From positions 1,828 through 46,828 of the forward strand of contig MGKO01000006.1 of assembly GCA_001795695.1 (NCBI GenBank): DNA of 45,001 nucleotides, given 5' to 3'. The stretch is from Candidatus Yanofskybacteria bacterium RIFCSPLOWO2_01_FULL_49_17 (GTDB lineage Bacteria; Patescibacteriota; Minisyncoccia; 2-02-FULL-40-12; GWA2-44-9). Position numbers and translations under genes: made by a program. The stretch's first letter is position 1, and every line of letters starts with the position of its first letter. The notes under the pieces were generated by a model. It was not told the DNA's origin and made no database searches. It saw only the letters and a list, made by a program, of their open reading frames with translations. Shown piece by piece: positions 9,982 through 19,247 of the stretch.

Positions 9982-10138
9982 TACAGTTCTCCAATCTAAG
10001 TGGCTATCTAATTGCCAAAGGTCTGTTTACATAAAATCATACAAAAAAGATAAAGTCAACCACAATTATTGATTTTATTTGAAATATATATTATCATTTT
10101 GGAACGTTTTGAACCTTTCCAACTGAAAGAAGGACGGC
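9982..10138. promoter_or_regulatory. Divergent promoter region between the radical SAM gene (minus) and the ThDP enzyme gene (plus)
   Basis: Minus: TTGACT-17-TTTTAT with TG, SD GGAGA. Plus: TTGATT-17-TATCAT, SD AAGGA. Confidence 0.6.
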
Positions 10139-12010
10139 ATGCAAACAGTGGCAGAGTATATCTTGGATTTCATCGCTTCGCTTGGCGTCCGGCACGTTTT
10201 CGGACTCATCGGCGGCACTTGTGGAATTCTCATTGACCGCCTCGGCGAGTATCAGAAACAGGGCAAGCTTGCCTTCGTGCCGATGCTCCACGAGCAAGCG
10301 GCATCTATGGCCGTTGAGGGCTACGCCCGCCAGACCGGATTTGGCGTCTGCCTGGTCTCCAGCGGACCGGCCGTGACTAACATCATGACCGGAGTCCAGG
10401 GCACGTTTCACGAGTCAATTCCCTGCCTCTACATCGCCGGCCAGCAGGACGTCGCGAATATTTACTGGAAGGCTGATGAGGATTTCCATAAGGAGATCCG
10501 CCAAATCGGCACTCAGGAGGGGCCCCACGTCAAAATGATGGAGCCGATAACTAAATACTCCGCTCTGGTCAAAGATGCGGCTGACATCCGATATTACCTG
10601 GAAAAAGCCGCCTATCTGGCCCGCCGCGGACGGCCCGGGCCGGTCTTCCTTGACATCCCGAAAGATCTTCAGGGTTTCAAGGTTGATCCGGAACAACTTC
10701 GGCCGTTTGACCCATCGGAGGTGCTGGATGAAGAGGAGGGCATCCTGACCGGACCCGGCCTGGACCAAGAAGTGATGAAGCTCATTGAGCTCATCAATCA
10801 TTCAGAACGTCCGGTTGTTCTGATGGGAGCCGGCGTCCGTCTCTCAAACACGACCGACCAGGCCCGTACCTTCGCCGAACGGCTGGGCGGGCCGGTGGTC
10901 TGTAGTTGGGGCGGTATTGACGCTTTTCCTCATGCTCATGAGGCTTTCGTTGGCAGCATTGGCGACTACGCGACCCGGGCCGGCAACTTCACCGTCCAGA
11001 ACTGCGACCTGCTCATCACTCTCGGCTCTCGGCTGGACCCACGCCAGACGACCAAGGAGTTCCACTGGTTCGCCCGCGGGGCCAAGATCGTGATGGTGGA
11101 CAAAACCAGAAAAGAGCTGGAAAAAGAGGGGGTCAAGATTCACCTGCCTGTACGGGCTGACTTGAGACAGTTCTTCGCCTCATTCAGCCGGAACGAATCG
11201 GCCATTCACCAGCCAGATATCTCGGAATGGTACCAGTGGGTGCAGAAGCAGTACAAGGCCAAGTACCCGGTGGTTACCTCCAGTGATTACGAACAGGATT
11301 CGCCCGTCAATCCGAGAGCATTCCTAAAACGTCTATCAGAACTGGTCCCGGCCGAAGTCCCGATGGTCGCTGACTGCGGTGTCAACCAAATCCTAGCCAT
11401 GACCTGCTGGCAGGTCAAAGAAGGCCAACGGGCCTTTGAGAACGGCGGTAGCGGAGCCCTAGGGTTTTCCGTGCCGGCCGCTTTCGGAATGTCGTACGCC
11501 ATGGGTAAGAAGCCGGTGGTGTGCGTCATGGGTGATGGCGGGTTCCAGTTCAATATTCAGGAGCTGCAAACCATCAAGAACCATGGCATCCCGCTGAAGA
11601 TTTTTGTCCTGAATAACAAAGCTTACGCTTTGTTGGTCAATACCCAGGACAAGAGCTACGGCGGACGCCACGTGGCTTCAGTTAATGAACCGGATGGTTA
11701 TTCGGCGCCTGACTTCGTTAAAGTGGCCGAGGCCTTTGGAATCAAGGCCCTGAGAATTTCGGGGCTGAGCCAGACAGACGAAGCGGTCAAAGAGGTGCTG
11801 GGCCATTCCGGTCCGGTCGTCATTGAGGTTGCCATTCCTGAAGGATCTTTCCCCTTCGTGTTCGTCAACTACGGTGACGCCCTGGAAGATTCCCGGACGA
11901 AAGCAAAGCCGGCGGTCTATCTCCCGGTTTCCGAGATTCGGGAGAACATGCGGTTTGTGCCTCCGGTCGCCAAGACCTTGGAGCGCGAGCCGGTTCCGGT
12001 GGAGAAATAA
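10139..12010 (+). CDS. Thiamine-diphosphate-dependent acetolactate-synthase-like enzyme (possibly YerE-like sugar-branching enzyme)
   Basis: HEQAASMAVEGYAR, GRPGPVFLDIP and the ThDP motif GDGGFQFNIQEL...NN. Located in a glycan cluster with no ilvN/ilvC nearby. Confidence 0.9.
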   Translation: MQTVAEYILDFIASLGVRHVFGLIGGTCGILIDRLGEYQKQGKLAFVPMLHEQAASMAVEGYARQTGFGVCLVSSGPAVTNIMTGVQGTFHESIPCLYIAGQQDVANIYWKADEDFHKEIRQIGTQEGPHVKMMEPITKYSALVKDAADIRYYLEKAAYLARRGRPGPVFLDIPKDLQGFKVDPEQLRPFDPSEVLDEEEGILTGPGLDQEVMKLIELINHSERPVVLMGAGVRLSNTTDQARTFAERLGGPVVCSWGGIDAFPHAHEAFVGSIGDYATRAGNFTVQNCDLLITLGSRLDPRQTTKEFHWFARGAKIVMVDKTRKELEKEGVKIHLPVRADLRQFFASFSRNESAIHQPDISEWYQWVQKQYKAKYPVVTSSDYEQDSPVNPRAFLKRLSELVPAEVPMVADCGVNQILAMTCWQVKEGQRAFENGGSGALGFSVPAAFGMSYAMGKKPVVCVMGDGGFQFNIQELQTIKNHGIPLKIFVLNNKAYALLVNTQDKSYGGRHVASVNEPDGYSAPDFVKVAEAFGIKALRISGLSQTDEAVKEVLGHSGPVVIEVAIPEGSFPFVFVNYGDALEDSRTKAKPAVYLPVSEIRENMRFVPPVAKTLEREPVPVEK

Positions 12011-12026
12011 CAAACCGGAACAATCA

Positions 12027-12058
12027 TAGCCCTTTGGACCGTTAAGTCCAAAGGGCTA
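12027..12058. terminator. Hairpin terminator between convergent genes
   Basis: Perfect 13-bp stem TAGCCCTTTGGAC/GTCCAAAGGGCTA with a 6-nt loop; overlaps the stop codon of the minus-strand gene. Confidence 0.8.
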
Positions 12059-13057
12059 CTCTTTTAATAATTCAGTTATCCTTCTGTAGAGAACCGGAAT
12101 TGTATCAGAAAAATCACCCCTGACATAATAACTTTTACCGCCATCGCGTATCGTACGCACAAGAATAGTTTTTAGAGGTCTGAAATAGTATCTGGGGTCT
12201 TTTAATCTTTTCAATATCTTATAATTCACGACGTCCTTTTCACTCCGCCAGTTGCCCAAATCTATGAGATCAAAAACCCCGGTTGTAAATGAGTTTATTT
12301 TTTTCTTTTTTTGTATAGATATATTTCTGGCCATTGAGAGCGCTTTTAAATACACCTCCGGACCCATGGCCTGGGCACCCATAGATATAAAAACGCCGCC
12401 TTGAAGCTTCGAAATAGAGTCGGCAAATATAAGAAAATCGTCTCCAGACGTTTTGCCGATCGCGCCAAAATCGGCCGAGGGATGCTGGTCAGTGATATCG
12501 TATCCAATGCCTTTGTGAACAGTTATCGGAATACCCAAACGATATGCCGCCGCAAAAATACTTACGTCTTTATAAGGAAATTTAGACGCGAAACCCTTGT
12601 GAATTGCGCGGCCGATAGATTCACCTAGTCCTAGCCCATGTCTTGAACCATATAGAGCGGCCTTATTTATGAATACGCTTGCCTCTTCCCAATTTCCAAA
12701 TTTTCCATCTTTAATATAACGCTCCACATCCTCCATTGTCGCTCCAATAAGAGCAAGCTCCAAATCATGGATTGGTACCGCGCCATTAGTGGCAACGTGG
12801 CTTATAATGCCTCGCTCCATGAGATTAATAATGATACGAGAATTCCCGCGCCGGAGCGGATGAGCGCCCATGGCTAAAATTACTTTTTTATTTTTTTTAT
12901 AAGCTTTTACGATAGCTTGAGCTAAAAATTCAATATTTGTGTCAGCTAAACGCGGACCCGAGGAATTTAGGGTTTTAACATCAGAAACAGTCATTTTATT
13001 TTTTCGTTCTGCCAGCGGTCTAAACTTTATCTTTTTTCGGTCTAATTTTTTAAACAT
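12056..13057 (-). CDS. Conserved hypothetical protein, deoxyhypusine-synthase-like fold (GSU2086-like)
   Basis: Start moved to MFKKLDR (ATG 13057), downstream of a terminator and promoter. Motifs MGAHPLRRG, ATNGAVPIHDLELA, GIPITVH.GIGYDI and GPEVYLKALS. Confidence 0.75.
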   Translation of the reverse strand: MFKKLDRKKIKFRPLAERKNKMTVSDVKTLNSSGPRLADTNIEFLAQAIVKAYKKNKKVILAMGAHPLRRGNSRIIINLMERGIISHVATNGAVPIHDLELALIGATMEDVERYIKDGKFGNWEEASVFINKAALYGSRHGLGLGESIGRAIHKGFASKFPYKDVSIFAAAYRLGIPITVHKGIGYDITDQHPSADFGAIGKTSGDDFLIFADSISKLQGGVFISMGAQAMGPEVYLKALSMARNISIQKKKKINSFTTGVFDLIDLGNWRSEKDVVNYKILKRLKDPRYYFRPLKTILVRTIRDGGKSYYVRGDFSDTIPVLYRRITELLKE

Positions 13058-13115
13058 ATCTAAAAATATTTGACCCTTTATACTATCACCTAATAACAAA
13101 AAGTCAACAAAAAAA

Positions 13116-13139
13116 TCGGGCATCGCGTACGATGCCCGA
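13116..13139 (-). terminator. Intrinsic terminator after the twitch/SPASM radical SAM gene
   Basis: 10-bp stem TCGGGCATCG/CGATGCCCGA with a 4-nt loop, followed by T7 on the minus strand. The tail runs straight into TTGACT-16-TAGTAT, a candidate promoter of the next gene. Confidence 0.85.
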
Positions 13140-13151
13140 CGTGACTGCCAA

Positions 13152-14360
13152 CTAGATAAAGTTTGCCCTTTTCGGAGGCGAGACTGTCTCCAGCTGGACC
13201 ATTTCCTTCTCGAACTGCTCATCCGACAAGCCACGAAGTCCAGTCATGAACTTATTGTCTTTGTCGGGATGACATGTTTTACGGCACTGGCCGATGTCCA
13301 GATGGTTCAGAACAAAATCCAGATGTTGACGACGAGTTTCTCCAAACCAGATCTCACGAACCGTCTGGGTGTTCAGGTTGCCAAGCGCGAACCGCGGATC
13401 GGTCCAATAGGCCGAACAGCTCAACCAGAGACCATCTGACTGGATGTACGACCAAAGCGAGGGCGTCACCAGGCATGTGGAATATGGTCTCTCTGATTCG
13501 TACTCCTCAAAGCGCGTGAAGCGGAAAACCACTTCAAACAAATCAGATGAGTAGCGCCGGATGAGATCTTCCCCTGTGGCGTTAATCTCATCCATGAGCT
13601 GGCGATAACTCATGGTACCGTACCGACCCGCCGTCGCTTGGCTCAATGGATGCTGGGAATACGGCTTGATGGAGACGTAATCAGCACCACTGGCATGAGC
13701 CCGCTGGACCAACTGCTCAATCTCCTGCCAATTGGCCGGAATGACCTTGCCATTCTTGGATGCTTCCTGAACCAGCACCGTCATGTTCACGCCCAATTCA
13801 CAATCTCGAGCCCCAAGCGTCTGCTTCAAGTTCGCCGCTCGTTCAATGTTGCGCCACGCCATATTCCAGTGCTGCTCGGAACAGTCGTGTATACGGGCGT
13901 AGCTTTTGGCGGTGCCTGCATTGACACTGAACTGGATGTACCCGTTAACCAGAGGAATGATACGACGGGCAGTCTGTTCTGGCAGAGCAGTACCGTTGGT
14001 AAGCATACCGATGTCGATACCGGCATCGCGAGTTGCTTTAAATATCCGGCCAAGTTCTTTGTGAAGAGTCGGCTCACCTTCACCGGCAAACTGAATACTC
14101 TTCACTCCGAGCCCATCCGGATCTTCTTCCCGTAGTTCCCGCAGTTCACCGATTCGACGACACATGATGTCGGTATCCAAGAAGCGGTCGGGATATCCGA
14201 GTATGTCCGGCGCGCAGAATGAACAGCGATGGTTGCACCGGCCACTTGGTGAAATCTCCAAGTAGACAGGCATCAGATTGAAGGGGTCCTCCCTCCACCG
14301 ACGCAACCATTGCGGATGGTACTGGACCTTCGAACCTTCAATCCACCTCATCACGTTCAT
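13152..14360 (-). CDS. Radical SAM protein with twitch/SPASM C-terminal domain
   Basis: CNHRCSFC, GEGEPTLH and TNGT; C-terminal C...IQSDG...SC...LGNL...IW...C...C. ATG 14360 follows SD GGAGGG. Confidence 0.9.
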   Translation of the reverse strand: MNVMRWIEGSKVQYHPQWLRRWREDPFNLMPVYLEISPSGRCNHRCSFCAPDILGYPDRFLDTDIMCRRIGELRELREEDPDGLGVKSIQFAGEGEPTLHKELGRIFKATRDAGIDIGMLTNGTALPEQTARRIIPLVNGYIQFSVNAGTAKSYARIHDCSEQHWNMAWRNIERAANLKQTLGARDCELGVNMTVLVQEASKNGKVIPANWQEIEQLVQRAHASGADYVSIKPYSQHPLSQATAGRYGTMSYRQLMDEINATGEDLIRRYSSDLFEVVFRFTRFEEYESERPYSTCLVTPSLWSYIQSDGLWLSCSAYWTDPRFALGNLNTQTVREIWFGETRRQHLDFVLNHLDIGQCRKTCHPDKDNKFMTGLRGLSDEQFEKEMVQLETVSPPKRANFI

Positions 14361-14425
14361 GAAACCCTCCGTTGTCAACGAACAAAAGACAATGAAACCC
14401 TACTCTATCATAAATCAATCTCTAA

Positions 14426-16189
14426 TCAAGGGATAGTTAAATAGTATATAGCTATGCTACCGTCATTGTATACTTCTTTGCTATTTTTTAATGTTTCTAT
14501 GTGGAAATCCTGATCGCGTGACAAATCTTTTATGGCATAGGTAACATGATACTTTTTTAGAAAATCATAGATATGCGGCCTGACAATTCTATTATTTTCA
14601 ATAATCAGATCTTGAATTTTACGGTCCCGAATTGCTTTAAGACGAACCAGAGCTTCAGGATCACAGCTAGCCAATCTCTGTAATTTGAATAATTTACACA
14701 ACTTCAGTTTGAAATTAAGGTTTGACGTCTGATTGATATCGCTGCTGCCCAATGCCGCGTCATATTCATTCATAATTGATTTTGAATCAACATTCTTAAA
14801 ATATCTGGAGGCCAAATATCGCTCCCGTATCTCCTGCCCGGATACGAAATACTGGTTGGCCAGATCCTGCCCTGATACGAGGACATAATGGCGAGAATAA
14901 ATCAGGGTATAACTGCTAATATCGGGATTGGCCCAGATTACTGTTGGCTTTGATTCTTTTTTGTCAAGCCAGGCGATCGGGGCGGCATATCTTTGAATGT
15001 ATATCGCTTCGGGCCCGTCAATCTTCAACTCCGGCAGAACTGAACGTTTATATTGCGCCAATACCGGTACAAAAGTAAGCGTCAACAATCCGACAACCAT
15101 GATCATTTTACCGGATCGCTTGGGAATCAAATTGGCATGATTCCAAACAAAATAAAGAAGCATGTAAGATGAAATTGCGAGCCAGAGGTACATTTCCCGG
15201 GTAAGATGCTCGCCGATGACCGCGTCTCGGCCCGTCAGAATCGGACTTAGCAATAAGACAAGTATGGCCAGGCCCGTGGGAATAACTAACCGCCATGTCC
15301 TTATGAAATCAAGGTTATTTTTTATACCAGGGACTAGCTTCATGACACCCGACCAAACAATTAAATTCAGTATGATCCAACGGCCAATATAAAACGACTG
15401 CGGCGAAGGTAAATGAGTTTTAATGGATCCGGCATGGCTGATAAAATCTGCAAAAAGTGGATGTGAAATTTCGCGGTAAATATATATAAACGCGGGTAAT
15501 GCCAATATGAAAGAACCGAGACCAATGATAAGCAGACCCTTCAGCCGAGACCAATCTTTCTGTGTCAAAAATAGAAGTAATATAAAAACCATCGTCCCGC
15601 CGGATACTTGCCAGGTATAGGGATAAATATAAAATGTCGCGGCAAAACTAAAGGCCAAAAAGATAGCGGCTGGCCGTTCAGGTTTTTTTAACCAGCGTGT
15701 AAGCCCGATCAGAAATAACAAAAAAAATGGAAATACGGCCGAAAGGACCGCGGGCCGAACCATCATCCAGTAGACCTCCAAATATATCGGTCCGACAAGC
15801 CACCATGCCCATAACCGCCGCGTGCCTAATTGTTCCAGGAGTATTTTAAGAAGATATACAAAAATTAAATTCCAGATAATCAAACCGAGGATAAGTGCTT
15901 GTGTGAATGAGAGACCTAATTTTAATGGGATGGACGCAAGGAACAGAGCCGCTGTCGGGGATGCGTTGATATCATTGGCATGTTCAATAAAAAAAGGCGT
16001 ATTGCCGAAGGGAATATGGGCCGTGCCTTTGACTATCTGGATAAAATAAAATAGGCCGTCGGTCACATAGGACGGCATCATTCCCTGCCAAGCCGGGCCA
16101 ATGGCAATCCTGGCATGCAAAATCGGCATTATTGAGATTAATCCTACGACCAAAACCAGTATTGCGAGCTTAGTAAGTTTATTTTTCAT
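14426..16189 (-). CDS. Polytopic membrane protein, probable GT-C fold glycosyltransferase
   Basis: More than 10 hydrophobic segments, TDGLFY in the first external loop, VRP, FYIYPYTW, and a soluble C-terminal domain ending VYNDGSIAIY. Paralogous to 20991..22718. Confidence 0.65.
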   Translation of the reverse strand: MKNKLTKLAILVLVVGLISIMPILHARIAIGPAWQGMMPSYVTDGLFYFIQIVKGTAHIPFGNTPFFIEHANDINASPTAALFLASIPLKLGLSFTQALILGLIIWNLIFVYLLKILLEQLGTRRLWAWWLVGPIYLEVYWMMVRPAVLSAVFPFFLLFLIGLTRWLKKPERPAAIFLAFSFAATFYIYPYTWQVSGGTMVFILLLFLTQKDWSRLKGLLIIGLGSFILALPAFIYIYREISHPLFADFISHAGSIKTHLPSPQSFYIGRWIILNLIVWSGVMKLVPGIKNNLDFIRTWRLVIPTGLAILVLLLSPILTGRDAVIGEHLTREMYLWLAISSYMLLYFVWNHANLIPKRSGKMIMVVGLLTLTFVPVLAQYKRSVLPELKIDGPEAIYIQRYAAPIAWLDKKESKPTVIWANPDISSYTLIYSRHYVLVSGQDLANQYFVSGQEIRERYLASRYFKNVDSKSIMNEYDAALGSSDINQTSNLNFKLKLCKLFKLQRLASCDPEALVRLKAIRDRKIQDLIIENNRIVRPHIYDFLKKYHVTYAIKDLSRDQDFHIETLKNSKEVYNDGSIAIYYLTIP

Positions 16190-16868
16190 GTTTGGTCAGC
16201 AAAATGTGAAACGTGCTGAAATAAAACGGCCTCAACAGAGTTTTATACAAAGATAGGATAGGCAAGCGCATTAGATTGTATTTCCTGTTTATCTTCAGCT
16301 CTCTGATATCGGCGATCTTGAAACCGAGTCCGGCCACCAATTTATGGAACTGACTGAAAGTGAAATAGTGCATGTCACGGATATTATGGAGATCTATGGC
16401 GTTGGCATAATCTTTGTGCCTTCTGAACAGGGACAGATAGGAATTGGCCAGTCGGCGAGGCAGCCAGCCCAAAAAATAGAGCCGGAAATGGGTATCATAC
16501 AAACCGAACCGGTTATGGACGCTGATATAGGCCTTTCCGCCCGGCCTTAAAACCCTATGAATTTCTCCGAGAACTTTTTTAGGGTCGCGGACATGCTCAA
16601 TCATCTCGCCGGCATTGATAAAATCAAAACTGGCGTCGGCAAAAGGCATTTTCTCGGCGGCGGCTTGAACTATGTTTATTTCAAGGCCCCGGTCGGCTGC
16701 CTCGCGACGCGCGCCTTCTATTTTAACCTTATCAATCTCAATGCCGGAAATTTTATAACCCCGGCTGGCCCCTTCCATCAAAAATCTGCCCCAGCCGGCG
16801 CCGATATCAAGGATTTTTTTGCCTTTTAAATCTCCTACAATTTTTTCTAAATTATTAAGATGGCCCAT
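16179..16868 (-). CDS. Class I SAM-dependent methyltransferase (type 11)
   Basis: ILDIGAGWG, MPFADASFD and EHV.DP...EIHRVLRPGG. Confidence 0.9.
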   Translation of the reverse strand: MGHLNNLEKIVGDLKGKKILDIGAGWGRFLMEGASRGYKISGIEIDKVKIEGARREAADRGLEINIVQAAAEKMPFADASFDFINAGEMIEHVRDPKKVLGEIHRVLRPGGKAYISVHNRFGLYDTHFRLYFLGWLPRRLANSYLSLFRRHKDYANAIDLHNIRDMHYFTFSQFHKLVAGLGFKIADIRELKINRKYNLMRLPILSLYKTLLRPFYFSTFHILLTKHEK

Positions 16869-16951
16869 ATTGTATCTAATTTATAATACATTTTTGGATA
16901 TAATAAAACAGGTGACGAACAGATTCTATTGTGTTAGAATAATTTAGAATC

Positions 16952-17938
16952 ATGAAGAAAAAAATCCCGTCAATTTTGCTTGTAGGAGTCGGCCGATGGG
17001 GGAAGAACCATCTCCGAGTCCTACTTAAATTACAGGCCGAGGGGCTTTGTCGCTTGATCGGCGTACAGGCCAGGAATTCCCAGAGGCTTGAATCTATCGC
17101 CAAGGAATTCGGCGTGCGGACATTCAGCGACGATCAGGGCTGGGAAGAAGCTGGTGCTATTGATATCACAGTGCCGACTCATGACCACTTCATCTTGGCG
17201 AAAAAGGCATTGTTGGCAGGAAAAGATGTTCTGATTGAGAAACCGATGACCGCCAGTCTCACAGAAGCGGAAGAACTTGAAAGAATTCATGCAAATTCTT
17301 CCCAAATTCTCATGGCGGGCCATATCTTTTGCTACAATCCCGCCCTGGATTATGTAAAGAAGATTATTGTAAGCGGTAAGATTGGGAAAATACGATTTTT
17401 GAGAGGTCGTTTCATGGGATTTCGAGATAAAGATATAGATGTCGGGATTTTGGCCACGACGGCGATGCATTTTATTTACTTGTCAAATTCCCTCATGGGC
17501 AAACCCCCCAAGGCAGTGTGGGCAAAAGTAGATTACTTATTAGACCCGGTCTTGGATGATTATTGCCTTGTGCGACTTGATTACGGTCCAGAATTCAGTC
17601 TTATTGAGGCGGACTTCTTCACTCCAGGAAAATTTAGAACATTTGATATTCTCGGCACCCATGGATCAATCATCTTCGACGTGATTAACCAAAAAGTAGA
17701 ATTGCGCGATGAAAAACATGTTCCTTTCGGAGACCATTTCAAGACCCATGCCGGGAGCGTGTCAAACCCGGACATTGAATATCAAGAACCTCTCTATCTG
17801 GAGCTTCGTCACTTCTTGGAGTGCATCCAGGAGCGGAAAGAACCGCTCACGGGAATCAAGGATGGCGTAGCTATCTTACGAATCATAGAGGCGGCGTATG
17901 AGTCGTCCCGGCTAGACAAGACAATATTGTTAAGTTGA
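16952..17938 (+). CDS. Gfo/Idh/MocA family oxidoreductase
   Basis: GVGRWGKNH, VLIEKPM, GHIF.YNP and EPL..EL.HF. Confidence 0.92.
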   Translation: MKKKIPSILLVGVGRWGKNHLRVLLKLQAEGLCRLIGVQARNSQRLESIAKEFGVRTFSDDQGWEEAGAIDITVPTHDHFILAKKALLAGKDVLIEKPMTASLTEAEELERIHANSSQILMAGHIFCYNPALDYVKKIIVSGKIGKIRFLRGRFMGFRDKDIDVGILATTAMHFIYLSNSLMGKPPKAVWAKVDYLLDPVLDDYCLVRLDYGPEFSLIEADFFTPGKFRTFDILGTHGSIIFDVINQKVELRDEKHVPFGDHFKTHAGSVSNPDIEYQEPLYLELRHFLECIQERKEPLTGIKDGVAILRIIEAAYESSRLDKTILLS

Positions 17939-19204
17939 TTATTTTTTGATTATTTTGAATTTAGGAAGAGGGAGCACGAATTTTGATTTCAGGCCCTTGG
18001 CTCGCCAGTTTTTCATAATGAAGTCGGCGTAGTGCCAAGCCAAGATGACTAGGTAATCCGGCTGTTCTTTCAGAATGATGTCGTTTGCGACAACAGGGAT
18101 ATGCGTGCCGGGCATGAACTTGCCAACTTTTTCTGATTCGGGTAGTTGAGCAATGTAGGGCATCAAGGTTTTATCAATACCATAATAATTTACCAATACT
18201 GCCCCACGACCCGGACAAGAATCGGCCACAAACTTAAGACCCTTCTCTTTGGCTTGATGGGCTAATTGAATAAATTTATTCCGATTTTCATGGACTCGTT
18301 GCCGAAATTTTGTCCATGTTGCAGGTTTAAACAATCCTTTTGTCTCTTCTAATTTTAATAATTTGGTAATTTCCGGACTAATAGGATATTTGCCTTTTCT
18401 TCCTATATACGCTCTAATATTTCCGCCATATCGCGAGGCTCGCTGGACATCAAAAACTTCCATACCGTAATATGGAAATAATGTCACTAGAGATTTCAAA
18501 CTATAGGTACGAATATGTTCGTGGTAAACCCCTTCAAACTGATTACTCTCTAAAATATCCAGAAGATATTGGCTCTCGGTAATGAAAATTCCGTCCTTAT
18601 CTAAAAGCTGAACCAGTCCTCGCATTACTTCTCCAAGCGGGGCCATATGAGCAAAGACATTGGTCATAGTGACCATTTTCGCATGGCCATATTCTTTGAC
18701 GATGTTCTTCGCAACTTTCTCGGTAAAGAAGCTCTGGATCGTTTCAATCTTATTTTCTTTACGAGCAAGCTTGGCCATGTCGGTCGGTTCGACACCCAGT
18801 ACTTTCATCTTGTTACGTTTGAAACCGGTCAGTAAGGTACCGTCATTTGATCCAATATCGACGCATAGAGATTTTGGAGAAAGATTAAATTTCTTTACAA
18901 CACTATCGGCAAACAATACCTGATAGTCGCGTAAAGGCGCGGAAATACCGCTTCGATAGGGATAGTCTTTGGGATAGATAGTTGAACCCTCTACGACATG
19001 ATCCAATTGTGCTAACCCGGATTCAGGGCAAATCATCAGCCGAAGCGGATAATAAACCTCCGGCTCATTTATGGTCTTCTTGGTCAATAATGCGTCGCAA
19101 GGCGGTTGGTGACCGAGATCAATGGCCTCAAAAAGATTTTTTGAGCCCGTGATTTGACAATGATCTAGTTTTCCAGGAATAGCGTCGTGGTTGGGTTTAA
19201 TCAT
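17939..19204 (-). CDS. NDP-sugar C-methyltransferase family protein (TcaB9/EryBIII-like)
   Basis: DLGHQPPCD, YPYRSG, DIGSNDGTLL, NVFAH, YHEH and PGTHIPV...PDYLVILAWHY. Confidence 0.9.
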   Translation of the reverse strand: MIKPNHDAIPGKLDHCQITGSKNLFEAIDLGHQPPCDALLTKKTINEPEVYYPLRLMICPESGLAQLDHVVEGSTIYPKDYPYRSGISAPLRDYQVLFADSVVKKFNLSPKSLCVDIGSNDGTLLTGFKRNKMKVLGVEPTDMAKLARKENKIETIQSFFTEKVAKNIVKEYGHAKMVTMTNVFAHMAPLGEVMRGLVQLLDKDGIFITESQYLLDILESNQFEGVYHEHIRTYSLKSLVTLFPYYGMEVFDVQRASRYGGNIRAYIGRKGKYPISPEITKLLKLEETKGLFKPATWTKFRQRVHENRNKFIQLAHQAKEKGLKFVADSCPGRGAVLVNYYGIDKTLMPYIAQLPESEKVGKFMPGTHIPVVANDIILKEQPDYLVILAWHYADFIMKNWRAKGLKSKFVLPLPKFKIIKK

Positions 19205-19247
19205 AACAAGTTAATATCATACTTAGAGCATTAACTCAATACATCCT

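Noticed and set aside
10139-12010. Calling this gene ilvB (branched-chain amino acid synthesis)
   Set aside because: No regulatory subunit or other ilv genes are nearby and the context is glycan synthesis, so the symbol is withheld.
13058-13234. 59-aa N-terminal extension of the DHS-like ORF
   Set aside because: It crosses the upstream gene end, a terminator and a promoter; ATG 13057 is the better start.
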